The notes beneath the pieces were generated by a model. The model was not told where the DNA came from. It saw nothing but the letters and a program-made list of their open reading frames with translations, and ran no database searches. From Asterias rubens (lineage: Eukaryota), in assembly GCF_902459465.1 (NCBI RefSeq), contig NC_047076.1, positions 1,240,001 through 1,304,000 of the forward strand: 64,000 nucleotides of DNA. The letters run 5' to 3'. This document shows, piece by piece, positions 13,565-27,769 of the stretch. Made by a program: the position numbers and the translations under genes. Numbering within the stretch: position 1 is the stretch's first letter; each line of letters opens with the position of its first letter.

Positions 13565-16500
13565 ACGTTGTCCATTACACTCCCCATACCACCATCCATC
13601 GTCGTGTTTCTCCACTACATTGATTATCTGACCTGTAAGAACATAGAAACAAAAACTTGACTTTGAGAAAAACATGATTTTTGAGGGTCCGAGTCCGCCG
13701 AGCCAGAGATGCGATTGGTATGCGCTGTCATCTCACTCACAGGGGATGGATTCAACATTCATCTCATATTCAAGACAATTCTTTCGCTGGTCACAAGTAG
13801 ACACTGTATTCAGCTTAAACTTTCACACGTGACCTTTAATGTTAAATTTGCATCGGGGATAAAGAGTATTAATTTGGGGTTTTACCCTTACATTGATGTG
13901 TGTTTGTACTGTATACTCAGTACTTTGCCGAGTTCTGTAAAAAAAATATATATATAATAACACAAGAGAGATTTGATCCCACAACCTTTGCAATTCTAGA
14001 GCAATGTCCTACCAACTAGACCACCAAGATCGCCAGGTAGCTAGACGCAGTTCCAATCATCTAGCTTAGCAGCGATAACTGCAACGATTTATAGAAGAGT
14101 TTGCGGTAACACCATGTAATAACAATCTCTAAATGAGTTGGGGTGGTTCTGAAAAGAACCGTTGGATTAACTCGACGTCTCGACATTTAACTCGATGCAA
14201 CGATTTAAATATTTTTTCCCCACATAAATGGGGATAGTACCGAGTATACAGTGCTAACACACATTGGTGTACGGGTAAAACCAAAATTAATAAACCAAAC
14301 AAGAGTGATATGAAAGTGAATTTCGATTCTTTTTAATATCTTACCTTCTTGGACTGATATTTCCCCGTCCTCTTGAGCTTCGTAGTTAAACTTGACCACA
14401 CATTGACAGATTACTCTCTCTGCCATTTCAGCCTCATTCCATTCATTATCTAAAAAAAAAAAAAGGGATGACAGGAGTTTTTATAAATATATGTCAACAC
14501 TTAAAATAGAATGTTGCCATGTCCTTGCTCTTGCTGAAACCATGATATGTCTCCATCGACACTAAGACTTTTCCTAAAAACCCTGAGTTGCCCCTAGACC
14601 CCCGATTGGGTTCAAATCCTACCAAGCTAACCTCTGATTTCACAATGACTAGATTAAATAATCCCATCTAGTTGTTGAACCACAATTTCTTGAGCAATTC
14701 ATAATCAAAGATGTTAAACCAATGAGAGAGATTGGCTGTTGCCAGCTTGGTGTTTATATCCCCTTGTGGGAGTTTGCCAAGTTCCCTAGACGAGGAGATC
14801 ATTTTTACAAACAAACAAAAACTATCCATATGCGTAGTACCTTTAAAACATAATAAAGTTTGCCACAATACATCGCAGCGATTGAAACTGTTGCCATGTC
14901 CATGGTCCTGATGCATCCATGATAAGTCCCCATCAACACTAAGACATTTTCTCAGTACCCTGAGTTGCCCATAGACCCATCTCAAGGAGACTTACTGTTT
15001 CCTTCGTCTTCATCAGTAATTGCTTGCAGATGATTTGCTCCATCACCCATCCCTCTGCTATCCACTTCGGTCACTCCTGAGGATGGGGGAGCACGAGGCA
15101 TCTTTAAGACACTCACATGGACACCTTGCTGCAAAGATACCAAGGAAACAGAGAGAAATAGTTTAGCTCAAAAAAAAGAGAAGATGACTTGCTTCTTTTA
15201 AGTAAGTATGGTTTGCGGTTGACACCATGTACAATATCTTTTCCGAGTAGCGGTGGCTCTGATAAGAGCTGATTTCTGTTACTTGATGTTTCGATAAGCG
15301 TGCTCTGACTGTCTTGTTTCATTTAGTTGTTGAAAGGAAAGTATTAATTTTATCTATCGGTAAATAGTCCTCTTTTATCTGAAACAAAAGGCAAGTGAAC
15401 ATATTCCTAAGCTTAAAAGTTACTTTGACATTTCTCAAAAAAAAAAAAAAAACATGTAAATAGTTAACCTTCTCTAGTTTTTCTCTGTAAGTAAAAAGTT
15501 AATAAATAACTTTCATGCGACTGGTTTATATCCCTTCAAACAAAAATTGTACGTGTATATTAACAAAAGAAATCATTGCGCACGGCCACATCTTTTAGAA
15601 TTGGAAAGAGGACTCTTGAGAGCACTATTGGTATTTTTTTTTATGAGGGGTCGCCATTTGTAAAAACAAGTAAACAATTAATATGTTCAATGTTCATAGG
15701 ATCAGTTTATCACTAAAATAAAAGGTTAAGTTGATTTGTCTAAAAATGTACAAGTTAAAAGTTTACAAGTATCTAAGCTTACTAGTTACATTTACCTGTC
15801 TCTAAGTGCCCAAGTTAACACTTTGTCGTGTTAAAAAATTAGTAACATTCTCATTTTCAAAGGGAACAAGTGGCAAAATATTTTTTTAGATGAAACAACC
15901 ATTAATCCACCTGTTTCTTAATTGATTACTATTAGACCCTGGATTCCATTATAACTACCTGTTTATCTTTCTCTGTCTTGATGTAAGGGCTGATGTCATC
16001 TTGGGGTTTGGGCTTCTTATCCACCAATGCTAAGGCAGCGGTTATCTTAAACTTACAAGCTCGTAACATGTTCAGCATCTCCTCCGACTGTAATACAAAG
16101 ATAACAAATGTTACTGTGGTCTAAAGGGTATACTGCAGGGCATGCAGTCACAAGGTTGTGGGTTCGGATCCTACTAAGCTAACTGCTGATTTTCACAGCG
16201 ACTAGAATAAGTATTGTCTTCTAGTTACTGAATCAAAAATGATTTTGTGTAATTCATAATCATAGACTTTAAACCAATGTTTGTATGAGAGAGATGGCTG
16301 TTGACAGCTTGGTGTTTATAATCTCTTGTGGGAGTTTGCAGAATTTCTTTTACCAAAAAATTATCATCTAAACAATTAAACATTATCATGTTATAAAGGT
16401 GCTAAGCAACTAGAATCGTGCTTAGTAGAAACAGGATACCAGCTATATATTATTTGATGTACATTGTAACTGGCTCCCTTCTGACTTAGGCTCTGCTCTT

Positions 16501-19500
16501 TAATGAAGCCAAATCTAATGTACAATTTGAAATCTAAAAACAACATTTTAGTGGTGCGTTTCGTCGGTCGTAACCAACTGTTTCAATTGATTTAAAGAAG
16601 TAAAACTTGCATTGGGGATAAAGAATATTTTTTTTTTTTTTTTCCCATATACACTGATGTGTGTTAGCACTGTATACTTGGTACTTACGCGAGTTCTGTG
16701 AAATAATCATGGCAATTACTCGGGTGGGATTCGGACCCACGACCTTTGCCATTCTAGAGCAGTGTCATACCAACTAGACACTGTTTCAATTGAATTGGCC
16801 ATTGTTTAATTCACTGTCCAAAGACCCAAACAATTATTGGTTACAACCGCCAAAGCGCACCCTTAAATGTTTTAGCAAGAGAAGATGATTTGAAAGAACC
16901 TTACATGTGTGAGTTGTTGAACTACTACGTCCTGCGTACTGGTATCGGCATAGCTTGCATTCCCAGCGTATGCTCCTGATAGTCGAGCAATTCCTGCAAG
17001 AAATACAATAGTGAAATGATGATACCATAGCTTCTCAGCACCCAGGTTTTTAAATTTGTTTTAACCTCCCCAACCTAACGAAGCAATCACGGTTAAGTGT
17101 CTTGCTTAAGGACACAGGTGTCACAACCGTTTATAAACAAGGACTTTTGAAGGGGAACCAAGGTCAAGAGCAATATGATCATGGCCTCTGTTTAATTCCA
17201 GGCCTGATTGTAGAAAGACATGTTTGTAATCTTCATGATTATAACCATAATTTGCTTCTCTGCACCCATTTATATACATGTACAAGGACCTTTACCCTTC
17301 CAATCAATGGGTCTTCACTGAGTAGATTCAAATCCTGGCAATGGTGCTGATACATGTACAAGGACCTTTACCCTTCCAATCAATGGGTCTTCACTGAGTA
17401 GATTCAAATCCTGGCAATGGTGCTGATACATGTACAAGGACCTTTACCCTTCTAATCAATGGGTCTTCACTGAGTAGATTCAAATCCTGGCAATGGTGCT
17501 GATACATGTACAAGGACCTTTACCCTTCTAATCAATGGGTCTTCACTGAGTAGATTCAAATCCTGGCAATGGTGCTGATACATGTACAAGGACCTTTACC
17601 CTTCTAATCAATGGGTCTTCACTGAGTAGATTCAAATCCTGGCAATGGTGCTGATACATGTACAAGGACCTTTACCCTTCTAATCAATGGGTCTTCACTG
17701 AGTAGATTCAAATCCTGGCAATGGTGCTGATACATGTACAAGGACCTTTACCCTTCCAATCAATGGGTCTTCACTGAGTAGATTCAAATCCTGGCAATGG
17801 TGCTGATACATGTACAAGGACCTTTACCCTTCCAATCAATGGGTCTTCACTGAGTAGATTGAAATCCTGGCAATGGTGCTGATACATGTACAAGGACCTT
17901 TACCCTTCTAATCAATGGGTCTTCACTGAGTAGATTCAAATCCTGGCAATGGTGCTGATTTGGCTGAAGTGCTTTCCCCTTAGCACTTATTTATCAATTG
18001 CTTCTCTTGATCCGGGAGTATAAACATGGACCTAGCCATGGTTCCAGGGGTCCATTTCAAAAAGAGTTAGGACTCGTCCTAGGAGATATTAAAAACTTAA
18101 GGCTAGTCCTAGGACTCGTCCTAACTCGAGAAAAGACTAGTCTTAACTCTTTGTGAAATCCAGTCCAGTTCTCCACATCAATAATCTAGGATACTTACCA
18201 TCTTTAGCTTTTTTCTCTTTCTCTAACTCTACATCTATGGTTTTTAGCTTGCTCTGTAGCGATTGCCTCCTTCTGTTTAACGTCATATTATGGGACAAAT
18301 CCTCCTCCTAAGGAACAAAAGATACATCTGTCGTTAATTAAAATTTTGATTGACGAAAAAAACATTTGGTGGTACGAAGAGCAATGAAATTGGGCCCAGA
18401 ACTTGACCTTAATAAGCCAGAACAATTGTGCACGATACACTATTTATGAGGTGATTTTTTAAAGTTTAAACTTATATGATGAATAAGAATATCTAATGCA
18501 CTTACTAACAATATGATGACAAATAATATGGAATATACTTACATAGGGATCATATAAGACTTGTTCCACATGTTCACGCTGGCGACCTTTGTGTTGTGCT
18601 ATGACCATGACGTCATTTTCTGGAACAATACATTGGATTGCCTGGCTCATGTTGTCAACAGTCTAAGCATAAAAGAAAAATGATAATCATTGCGTAAACA
18701 TGTGCTACAAAAAATTTCATAAGGCCACTTTCTTAATCATTCAGGAAAAAGCCTTACATTTAGAAGTAGCTAGAGATGTGGACAACTAAATAAACGTATG
18801 TCCGGTGATATAGCTCATTTGCAAACTATCTCGCAAGACTTCTGCTATGCAGGAGACTACCGCTCTCACAAATACTCTCATTTAAACGACTTGTAAAACC
18901 CTTGAGCAGTTTGTATGAAATCTTCAGCTTATTTCGTATGGAAGCATCTGATCGGTCAGTTTTGTAAAATCTATAAATATTCAAACATTTCACTCGACAA
19001 ACATTTATCGACACTAACAAAGGCCAAGGGATTAAACCATGCCCAATATGTGGTAGAGAAAGTAGAAAAGGCCCCAAATCTTCCGTTACTCTAAAACAGA
19101 AAAAAGTAGTACTGCCCCATAGCAACCCCCCCCCCTAGACTGCCCCATAGCACCCCCCCCCCCAGAATATCCTCTGGGAGAGTTTTGAGGCTGAAAAGGG
19201 ACAGGATGGGGATGAAGTGTTTGAGGTTGAAAATGGTAAGTAGCTTCTTCAAGATGGTTGTCTATACCTTCTGTGTCTTGGGCTGCATCGTTGAGAAGCA
19301 ACCCACATAAGACTCCAACACTATCTTTTGCTCCCGAATCCTTTCCGTTTCTAATTTCTCCAGAGCTGTTGCGGCCTGACGTAAGGCAACTTCAAATTCA
19401 TGACGAGCTCTCTCCGTTGCCTTGATGAGTTGTAGGTATTCCGTGTCTGCTCTCGACGCTGCTTCATCTAACTTCTTACTCTTGGAGTGAAGCTGTCGAG

Positions 19501-22500
19501 AAGAATTATGAAAACATTGGAAATCTTAAAGGTAGGGATATAGTTCTGTAAGTTCGGTAATATCAGTAAGTTGGGAAAATTGTTGACAGTCAATTTTTCC
19601 AACAGTCAGTAGGGTTACAGGAAACAAATAAATAATTTTGTTGGGCCTTATGAAGGAAAAATATCTTACCATACGACATTTGACTGTATTAAATATTTAA
19701 TAATAGTGGCTTCTTATAATTTTGGAGCGCTCATATCAGTCACTCAGTGATGCTCAAGGTGCTTTCAATATTTATTGGGGTGGGACTACGTTTGAAATAT
19801 GAGACCTACTCCCTTTCATAGCACCATGTAATGGTTTACAAGGTGCTGTGGCGCAATATGCAGCCAATCAAACCGGGAACAGCAATGCGATCCCCTTCTC
19901 CTTTTGATAGTTGCACCGGGTTCTTCTACGTGCTTACACAGCTTTAGGTCCCATCCGAAGGACGAAGCAATCGTGGTTAAGTTACTTGCTTTGAAAACAA
20001 GTGTCATGACCGGGACTCAAATCCACACTCTGCTGATCAGATACAGAAGAGCTTGAGTTCAGTGCTCTTATCTGCTCGGCCATGACACGCATTGCTCAGT
20101 CATGACATCGCATTGGTCTAAAATGAGATGTAAGACGTACAGGTGTATTTGATCTTACCTTGCCCAACTCTTTATCTGAGAGCACCTTCCCCTTAGCGTA
20201 GGGATCATCTAAGACAGCCTGAACTCCCTCATTCTCTTTAGCCTTTGTGTATGTGGCTTTCTTTGCCTTCAAGAAGATAAAACAACAATAACATTTAGAT
20301 GATAAATTGGGTTTGTGACATTTCCACTTGATTATTTTTTTTGAGGAAACTTTCATAATCTCCTACTGAGAATTGTTGCTTAGCACTGAAAACTTAACAG
20401 AAACAGATCACCAGCCAATTTACAATGAAATGTATATACTTTGGGACTGGTTCCCAGCTTTGCTAAGCGAAAACATTGCGAAGCACAATTTCCTGCTTAT
20501 CAGGTTTATGAAATGGGCAGTGGTAATTTCATCTTTGAGCGAACATGGCCATTGAAAACATCTTAAAGTCTACAGGGAACTTTTGAACAGCCACAAAGGC
20601 CAAGACCAGGGGCAACAGAGGCCATTCAGGAAGATACGTAAGTTATCTTGAAGATGTTTGTACCTTGAGCAATTCACTACGTTTGTCATGCCATGCTTTA
20701 CACGATTTATCAACGATGGATTCAGCCTGTACAACAAGAAACAAAAGAACACATGCTTTCAAAATCATTCATCCACAGTTACGCATTCCTTTACAAAATT
20801 TACCTCAATAGTTAAGCGATAAAATAAGGCAGAAAACAAAATAACAAGCAACACTTTAGACTTGCATATTAGCAGTTTTATTAAATGGTTGCAAATTTCT
20901 GAACCAATCCAACATGTTTCAAGATGCAGGCATTGACTGAAAATTTGTTTAATGTTTTTTATCAACTGCAAAGCCTCCTACTCTTAGTAAAGCCAAGTTC
21001 ATACTTTCTGCGAATGCGAAACCACATTGGGTGATGCAATAATTGGTACCCATTCTTTCTAATTATTACACAAGAAAGTTCGCTTTGCACAGAGCATTCG
21101 CAGGAAATATGAACTGGGCTTAACACTTTACCAGTGAGTTGACCAACCCTTCAAAACCATTCAACTGCATGGGTTGTGTAGGCTGGCGCAACTGTGCATA
21201 GAACTACATTTATGTTCTGTTTAGATGCATTCACCAAATCATAGTGCAAGCTGGCATAGTGCATTTATCATCCAAAATCACAAAGGATGATATTGAATGG
21301 TCAGACAGTAGGAGGGTTGACTGTGTACTGTGTATATGTTTTCACCACATAATACCATAATGTAGGCTGGCATACATGTAGTTAATCTATAATTCAAAAC
21401 GACAGGGGGTGAGATCAACTAGTCAAAAAGTAGGAGGGTTGGGTTTAGGTATACACACAGCCTGTGCAGTTGAATGAGGGAAGTTGGTCAACTTTCTGGG
21501 AAGTCTTACAGAGACGAGGGAAGGGGAAAGGGCTTTTTGCAGCTCAGGCAAACAAACTGATTTTTAAACTTACAGATTTGCGGCTTTTTACATGCGTTTC
21601 ACAGTACACCTTGAGTCTTTTATGAACGTCTTCATGCAATGAGTCGGCAGCAACTCTGGGGGCAAAGATATTGAAAATGTTTCTTGCTGTTGTGCTGTTG
21701 TGATCCTTCGGGTTTGAGTGCAGTACAACCACGTTTGTTAAAAGTGGGACTGTAGTCATGTCCATAGTACGCCCATGGCTGTACATACAAAGCACATACC
21801 TCACCTTCCCTACTACCGTGTTGGATTCTTTTAAAACCCTCTAACTTTTGTGCGCAAGCCAATTCGAATCTGACAAAAGTAATTAGCTAGTGCTCACTCA
21901 TGCGGAACATCTGAGGATTGATTTGGTAAAAATTAAAAAGCTAGGACCTTGGTCCGCCAATACTTAGTGCCAGATTTTTGTAAACTTATAAAAAAACCAT
22001 TTGGGATATATTTTTCTAAATGTATACTTTTTTTTTAAATACCCTGTATAAAGTGTTACTGCAACAGGCTTCATGAGGCTTCCACATCTACAATTGTTAC
22101 CATTATGTTACATTTAGGCCTATAGTTAGTCATGCACGCACTGTTTAGATTAAAAAACCAAAGAGCCCTCATTCAAGTTTGCATTGTGATTAACGTAAAC
22201 TTCATGCAAACAAACAAAAACAAAGCAAAGGAAAGGCAATACTTGAAATAAAATTAAAGATATAACCAAAATAATTTAACTTACTTGTGATTCTCTGACT
22301 CTTCTCTAAAATGCTGGCATAGTACATTCCATGATGCCATAAGAGATCTACAAAATCAACAACAACAAATCAAAAAACAGTCATAAAATGTCCATTGCAG
22401 GTTCACAAAAAGAAGAAAATAATTCGAAAAAAAATGAACTAAATACAGAGAGTGGAACTAAAAGTGTGTGTTTTTGTGTTTTGTAAAATTTCTCATAAAC

Positions 22501-25500
22501 CATTCTGGTATTTGAGTTTAATAGACTTGCAACTGCATAAAAGAACAACTTTTTTTAGCAAATAGACTACTTTCTATAATTTTGTTGTTGTTCACCTAAA
22601 TGCATGAAAACAACTGTTGGAGTGCCATGAGCATCGCTAAATGACAGATTTTCGCACTGATGTAAGAAGTAAATACTATTATTACCTGTTTTTGTAGGCA
22701 TATTTTGCTCTATCGGAATTTTAAGAAATAACATTTGTGTTGATGCAACTTCTTTTAAAACTCACCCTGTGGCGTCTTTATTACATTTTTGTGCTTTGGA
22801 ACTCAACTTGGCTAAACTCTTGGCGTAAGTCGTTTCAATATCAGCCCTGAAATGGAAATAGGACCAGAGAAAATAAAAAACCACCGAACACAGGCAATGA
22901 TTTGCTCTTTTGAAAAAAAAAATAGGAATATTTTGTTGAGTACAATACAAGGGCTGACCTACGTACATGTTAACAAACATGGTCAACAAATTTTTTAATC
23001 AGATTAAACTTTAAAAACTTTAACAAAGACTTTGTAGGAAGACCACATGCAGTGACCGTGAGCGTTCTGTTGTTACTAAACATACTACTGGCTTGGCTTA
23101 TAAAAGATCTTTGTTTACTCCAACCAAGTCCAACAATACCACACCATTATGGTACTTGCAAGTCAACCCCCAAACTGGTAAGAAGTACTAAACAGTAAAC
23201 TTGTGGGTACGACCATGTGTATAGTATCTCTTTTGAGGGAGTGTTGGCTAAGCTTGGGCGATATCGATTTATTTTATTCACGATATATCGCCGACAATTT
23301 ATCGCGATATTCGATAAAATCGCAATTAATTAAATTTGACATCATCAGTCTTCAAACGCCAAGTGAAAGTTGTAGAAGAGACAGTAATGGCATAAGAGAG
23401 GTGTTCTAATGACCTATTCTTTTGGTTTTACTCCAAACCTATGGGGTGCAAGATGTCTCAGCTAGCAAATACATCACGATATTTACTCGATATTGCGATA
23501 TATCACGATATATTGCGATATATCGCGATATATCGATATTTCGATTAAAACCAAATCCATCCGATATCGAAATCGTTTCCAAATTAATATCGCGATACTC
23601 GATAATATCGTGATATCGCCCAAGCTTAGCGTTGGCTCTGAAAAGATGTGGTCTTGACTTTTGGAACAGTGTACACTGCTCATCTTCAGGAGTATACTTC
23701 AGGAGTACACCAGATCTTTTCACTCCCTTATAAGAGATACATAAAGTACTATGTGCATGGTTGCACCCGTGATATGGTTGAACCTAAGACGATCAGAGCA
23801 TAACTGATTGAATCGTCGAGTTGAAACCAGCAGTTCTTTTAACCAACCCAACTCACAAGAGATAGTCATTACAAGGTATTACCGCAAACCTTTCCATATC
23901 GTATTTCCACCATGCAAAGTTTCAAATCCTATGAAAGCATAATCAGTTTACTAACGCAATAATCAGTCAAACACCTAAGAGACTACAGTACATACATCAT
24001 GATGTAAAGCGTAAATCAGTTCACTAGTGCAGTCCTCAGTCAAACTCCACACATTCACTCAACGCCCAAACAAAATATGTACCGAATTCTTGATGCGTTG
24101 GGGTTGGTTTCAAAAGGATTATTAATTTTAGGTAAATGTTGCAAGGGTCGAATCCCACCCAAGTAATGTCTGTGGTTTTTTTTTTTCACAGAACTCAGGG
24201 AGAGTACTGAGTATACAGTGCTAACACACATCGGTGTTTCAAAACCAAAAACCAAACAATTTTGCTGGGTAAGGAATATAAATCAGAGAACGATTTCCCA
24301 GAGCGAAATGCCACACAAATTGTGCCATTTGTCAGTCCAAAATTACTTCTACACTACTCAATATTGGCATTAGGCCTGGGAGAATTATTTAAATATCCGG
24401 TTAATGGCGAATAGCTTTTCCTAACTGTATTTGGGAATACATGTACCATTTTTTACCTAACCGGATATCCGCAAGGGGCACGGATATAGATTAATAAACC
24501 GGATAGTCCTCCAATTACAACCAAGTAACCGGATTTCTATTATCCGCAATTAGGCCTGGGCAAATAATTCAAATATTCGGTTAATGGCGAGTAGGTTTTC
24601 CTATCCGTTAAACCGCTAATGCCTTTTTTTCTTTCTTAACCGGATATCAACAAGGGGCGCGAATACCGATTTATAAACCGGATAGTGTGTAATTACAACC
24701 AAGTAACGACGACTGATAGGAATGTTTTCCTTCACGTAGAGTCAATCACCATCAAAAGAAAAAGCAAATCGCCATCTTTAAATTAGATCCGGTTATTTTT
24801 ATGAATGAACCGAGTGACACTGTCTAAAACTAATATCAATCCACCCATAAGATCTCATTAACAAACGAACAGTGCCCTCTCGCGGCAATTTATATGAATA
24901 GCGCCCTCTAGCAACGGGAACAAATATTTGAATATCCGGTTAATTTCGGATACCAAATCTCACTAATTCGCCCAGCACTAATTGGCATTCAGTGTACACA
25001 AAATAAGTTCAGCTATGCAAAACTGGCGGCCAAAAAATCTTAAGCAATCTTACCTTTCTTGTAAGATGGAGACGGTGGAGTTTGTAAATTCTGTTACTTG
25101 TCTCATATGCTTCTTCAACTCTGCATAGCCCGTCTCATCCTGAAATAGGAAATTCAATAGAAAAATATAAACAGTTACATCGAATTTATCTATGTCACCA
25201 ACAACAACTGCCACAGCACCCTGTGCTTTGTCACCAACAACAACTGCCACAGCACCCTGTGCTTTTGCTGAAGTGCCCTAAATTTGCAAAGTCACACGAG
25301 CGAAGTTTAAAGCCGTTGGACACTTTCGGTAAACAGTATTGTCCAAGGCCCACACTCCGTGTATCACAACTTATATAAAATAACAAACCTGTGAAAATTA
25401 AGGCTCAATTGGTCATGGGAGTCGGGAGAAACTAACGGGAAAACCCACCCTTATTTCCGCACGTTTCGTCGTGTCATGACATGTGTTTAAAATGAATCCG

Positions 25501-27769
25501 TAATTCTCGAAAATTGATAAGGTTTAATGTTTTCCCAAAAAGTAAAGCATTTCATGGAATAATACTTCAAGAGAAGTCTTTCACCATTTCTATAAGTCTT
25601 TCTATAAACCCTGTAGGTTATTTGTAAATCTGTGATTTTTTTTTTCTGTTTCGAAAGTGTCCAATGGCTTTAAAGCCATGGTCTACTTTTGGTAAATTTT
25701 TTGGAGGTTGCAGGTTTAGGTCCCGCTCTTGTAAATTTGTCTACGTTCAATCCCAAATTATTTTCTACAAGAATATGCAGCTTCCATGTTATTTTGTGAG
25801 ATAAAGGCTTGGTCACACCAAACTAGTTCTCAAAGCGTCCGAACTCATCATAAGATGAGTAGGAAATATAGATACAAGTATGTAATCATTAAAGGCAGTG
25901 AACACTATTGGTAATTACTCAAAATAATTATTGGCATAAAACCTTACTTGGTAACGAGTAATGGGGAGCTGTTGATAAAACATTGTGAGAAACAGCTCCC
26001 CTGAAGTAACGTAGTTTTAAAGAAAGAAGTATTTTTCCACGATTTTGAATTCGAGACCTCAGAATTAGAATTTGAGGTCTCCAAATCAAGCATCTGAAAG
26101 CACACAACTTGGTGTGACAAGGGTGTTTTTTCTTTCATTATTATCTCGCAACTTCGAAGACCAATTGAGCTCAAATTTCCACAGGTTTGTTCTTTTATGC
26201 ATATGATGAGAACCAAGTGAGAAGACTTGTCTTTGACAACACCCAATAGTGTCCAGTGTCTTTAAGAGAATGAGTTCAGTGTGATGGGGGGTATTCACCA
26301 CACTTCTCTGACATACATGTAAATGAACACTTCAAGATGATTTGGAAGTGTGGACAGATTCATTACTTACGCTAAAATAGTTGACAAAGTTATCCATTGC
26401 TTTTTATTTCAATTTAGAAACTTGGCTGAATATAACGTCCTTGACTGGCCTTGCATTACCATGGGTTACAGAATCCAGATCCCAAGAGTGTGTGCGTCAA
26501 AACACGATGATCCAAAAACCATGAGTAAACTTCGTTATAAACGTATCCACCCAGGAAACAAATACATCTGGACATCAAATTAGATCTATTTATGAATTAC
26601 ATCATGTTTAGCAATGAGTCAGATAGTCGTGATCGTGATGTGGTGAGATGTTGTACAGTCAATGTATGCAGATTTCTGTTATGAGTTCTTATGTGATCCA
26701 AAGGTCAGTGGACAGTTTGAGTTTATAATTATCGCAGATGTTTCACTGATAACCTACAGTCCTACACATCGGATAATTCATAAAGTCAACACTTACTCCA
26801 CTCTCTTGACTCTAACTAGAGTGTAAACGGAAAATCGTGTGAAGATAAAATAATGCAAAAAATAGTTATGGTCTGACGATTCGACCTATGAGAATAACTC
26901 TGCTAGGGTCGAACCATCAGGCCATAAACCAGGCTGTAACATAGTAACTATTTTTTCATTTATACCAGTGGTCCTTTTGGTTGGTAAGCATTTTGCAATT
27001 CAGCTAATTCTATTTTCATGATTTTCTTAGATAAAAATAATGTAAAATGTGTGTTTATGGAGAAGGACATTTTATGATTTCCTGTATGGATCGAGACACT
27101 CAGTTTCAACTTTTATTATTTATTTGTTGTATAAACTAGCTTTTTAGGGTGGGGGGGGGGTCTGCTTTGCTTTGTGCATAAAATTAAATGACTGTTTTAA
27201 TAAAGCACCTTACAAAAATGTGTTGATGCATTCCAGTTCCGATTACCTTTTTTTTACATTTAAATGGCTTGTACTTTTTAAGGTCTAAATTGAACCATGT
27301 CGATATACTTCCTCCATGATTGAAAAACCTAGCAAACCATAGCAACAACAAAAGCCTTCAAATAAATTGATCAAAAATTACATTCCTTTCCTTGTCAACA
27401 GACACCAACAAAATGTGAACGTAAAAACGGTAAGTTAAAGTTGCAAAGGCCAACCAGGGGACTTTTTGTTATGATTCATTGATGACGTTGATGTCGCTAT
27501 TGAGAATTGTACTTTTGTGTGTTTATTTACGCTCCATTGGCCAGGAACGTATGGAAGTAAAGTTGACTAAAAACTCCGCTCAATTGACGACGATTGAATG
27601 TTAAAGTTCTATAGTCACTCACACCATTAATATCTATACACCACCTGCTGTAGTGCTTTTTAGTGGTGTTTTAGTAAGTTAGCTTTTCGCAATTTTCCCT
27701 TCTCTTTCTCTCTATTCCTGACCGTATTCACACACAAATACTTACCACAAAAACATCTCTGAAATCCAT
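13529..27769 (-). CDS. NOSTRIN: NOSTRIN-like F-BAR + HR1 + SH3 protein, complete multi-exon CDS
   Basis: Phase-consistent GT-AG exons in transcript order: 27769-27746 (MDFRDVFV), 25139-25054, 22846-22766, 22347-22285, 21655-21574, 20726-20664, 20266-20159, 19492-19268, 18662-18543, 18307-18199, 16993-16905, 16087-15959, 15128-14996, 14449-14345, 13632-13529. F-BAR: [42 protein letters not shown]1: [23 protein letters not shown]3: [51 protein letters not shown]. That list gives 15 coding exons; the first exon is the least certain. Confidence 0.88.
16115..16347 (+). mobile_element. tRNA-derived SINE (family with the TTGTGGGAGTTTGC tail)
   Basis: A/B-box-like head (TGGTCTAAAGG...GGGTTCGGATCC). 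Related copies at about 14600-14790 (+), 46620-46735 (-) and 54025-54215 (-). Confidence 0.65.
17275..17958. repeat. 76-bp minisatellite, 9 near-identical copies, in a NOSTRIN intron
   Basis: Unit TACATGTACAAGGACCTTTACCCTTC(C/T)AATCAATGGGTCTTCACTGAGTAGATTCAAATCCTGGCAATGGTGCTGA, with no spacers. Confidence 0.96.
19860..20092 (-). mobile_element. tRNA-derived SINE (CCCATCCGAAGGACGAAGC family)
   Basis: Shared core with about 53150-53275. Partial copies at about 10665-10790 and 17040-17130. Confidence 0.65.
23249..23628. mobile_element. hAT-type MITE
   Basis: TIRs TAAGCTTGGGCGATATC / GATATCGCCCAAGCTTA, CGATAT-rich subterminal repeats and an 8-bp TSD GTGTTGGC / GCGTTGGC. Confidence 0.85.
25311..25669. 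mobile_element. TTAA-family MITE (inverted copy of 656-1018)
   Basis: TTAA|AGCCGTTGGACACTTTCGG...CGAAAGTGTCCAATGGCT|TTAA. Confidence 0.8.
25893..26261. mobile_element. TTAA-family MITE
   Basis: TTAA|AGGCAGTGAACACTATTGG...CCAATAGTGTCCAGTGTCT|TTAA. Confidence 0.8.

Noticed and set aside
17275-17958. CRISPR-like array
   Set aside because: Head-to-tail repeats with no unique spacers, no cas genes, and an intronic eukaryotic context. The same applies to 13103-13564 and 5250-5684.
21800-21869. Extra NOSTRIN exon ([12 protein letters not shown]...)
   Set aside because: Neither available donor gives a phase compatible with the next exon, and the peptide does not fit the F-BAR alignment.
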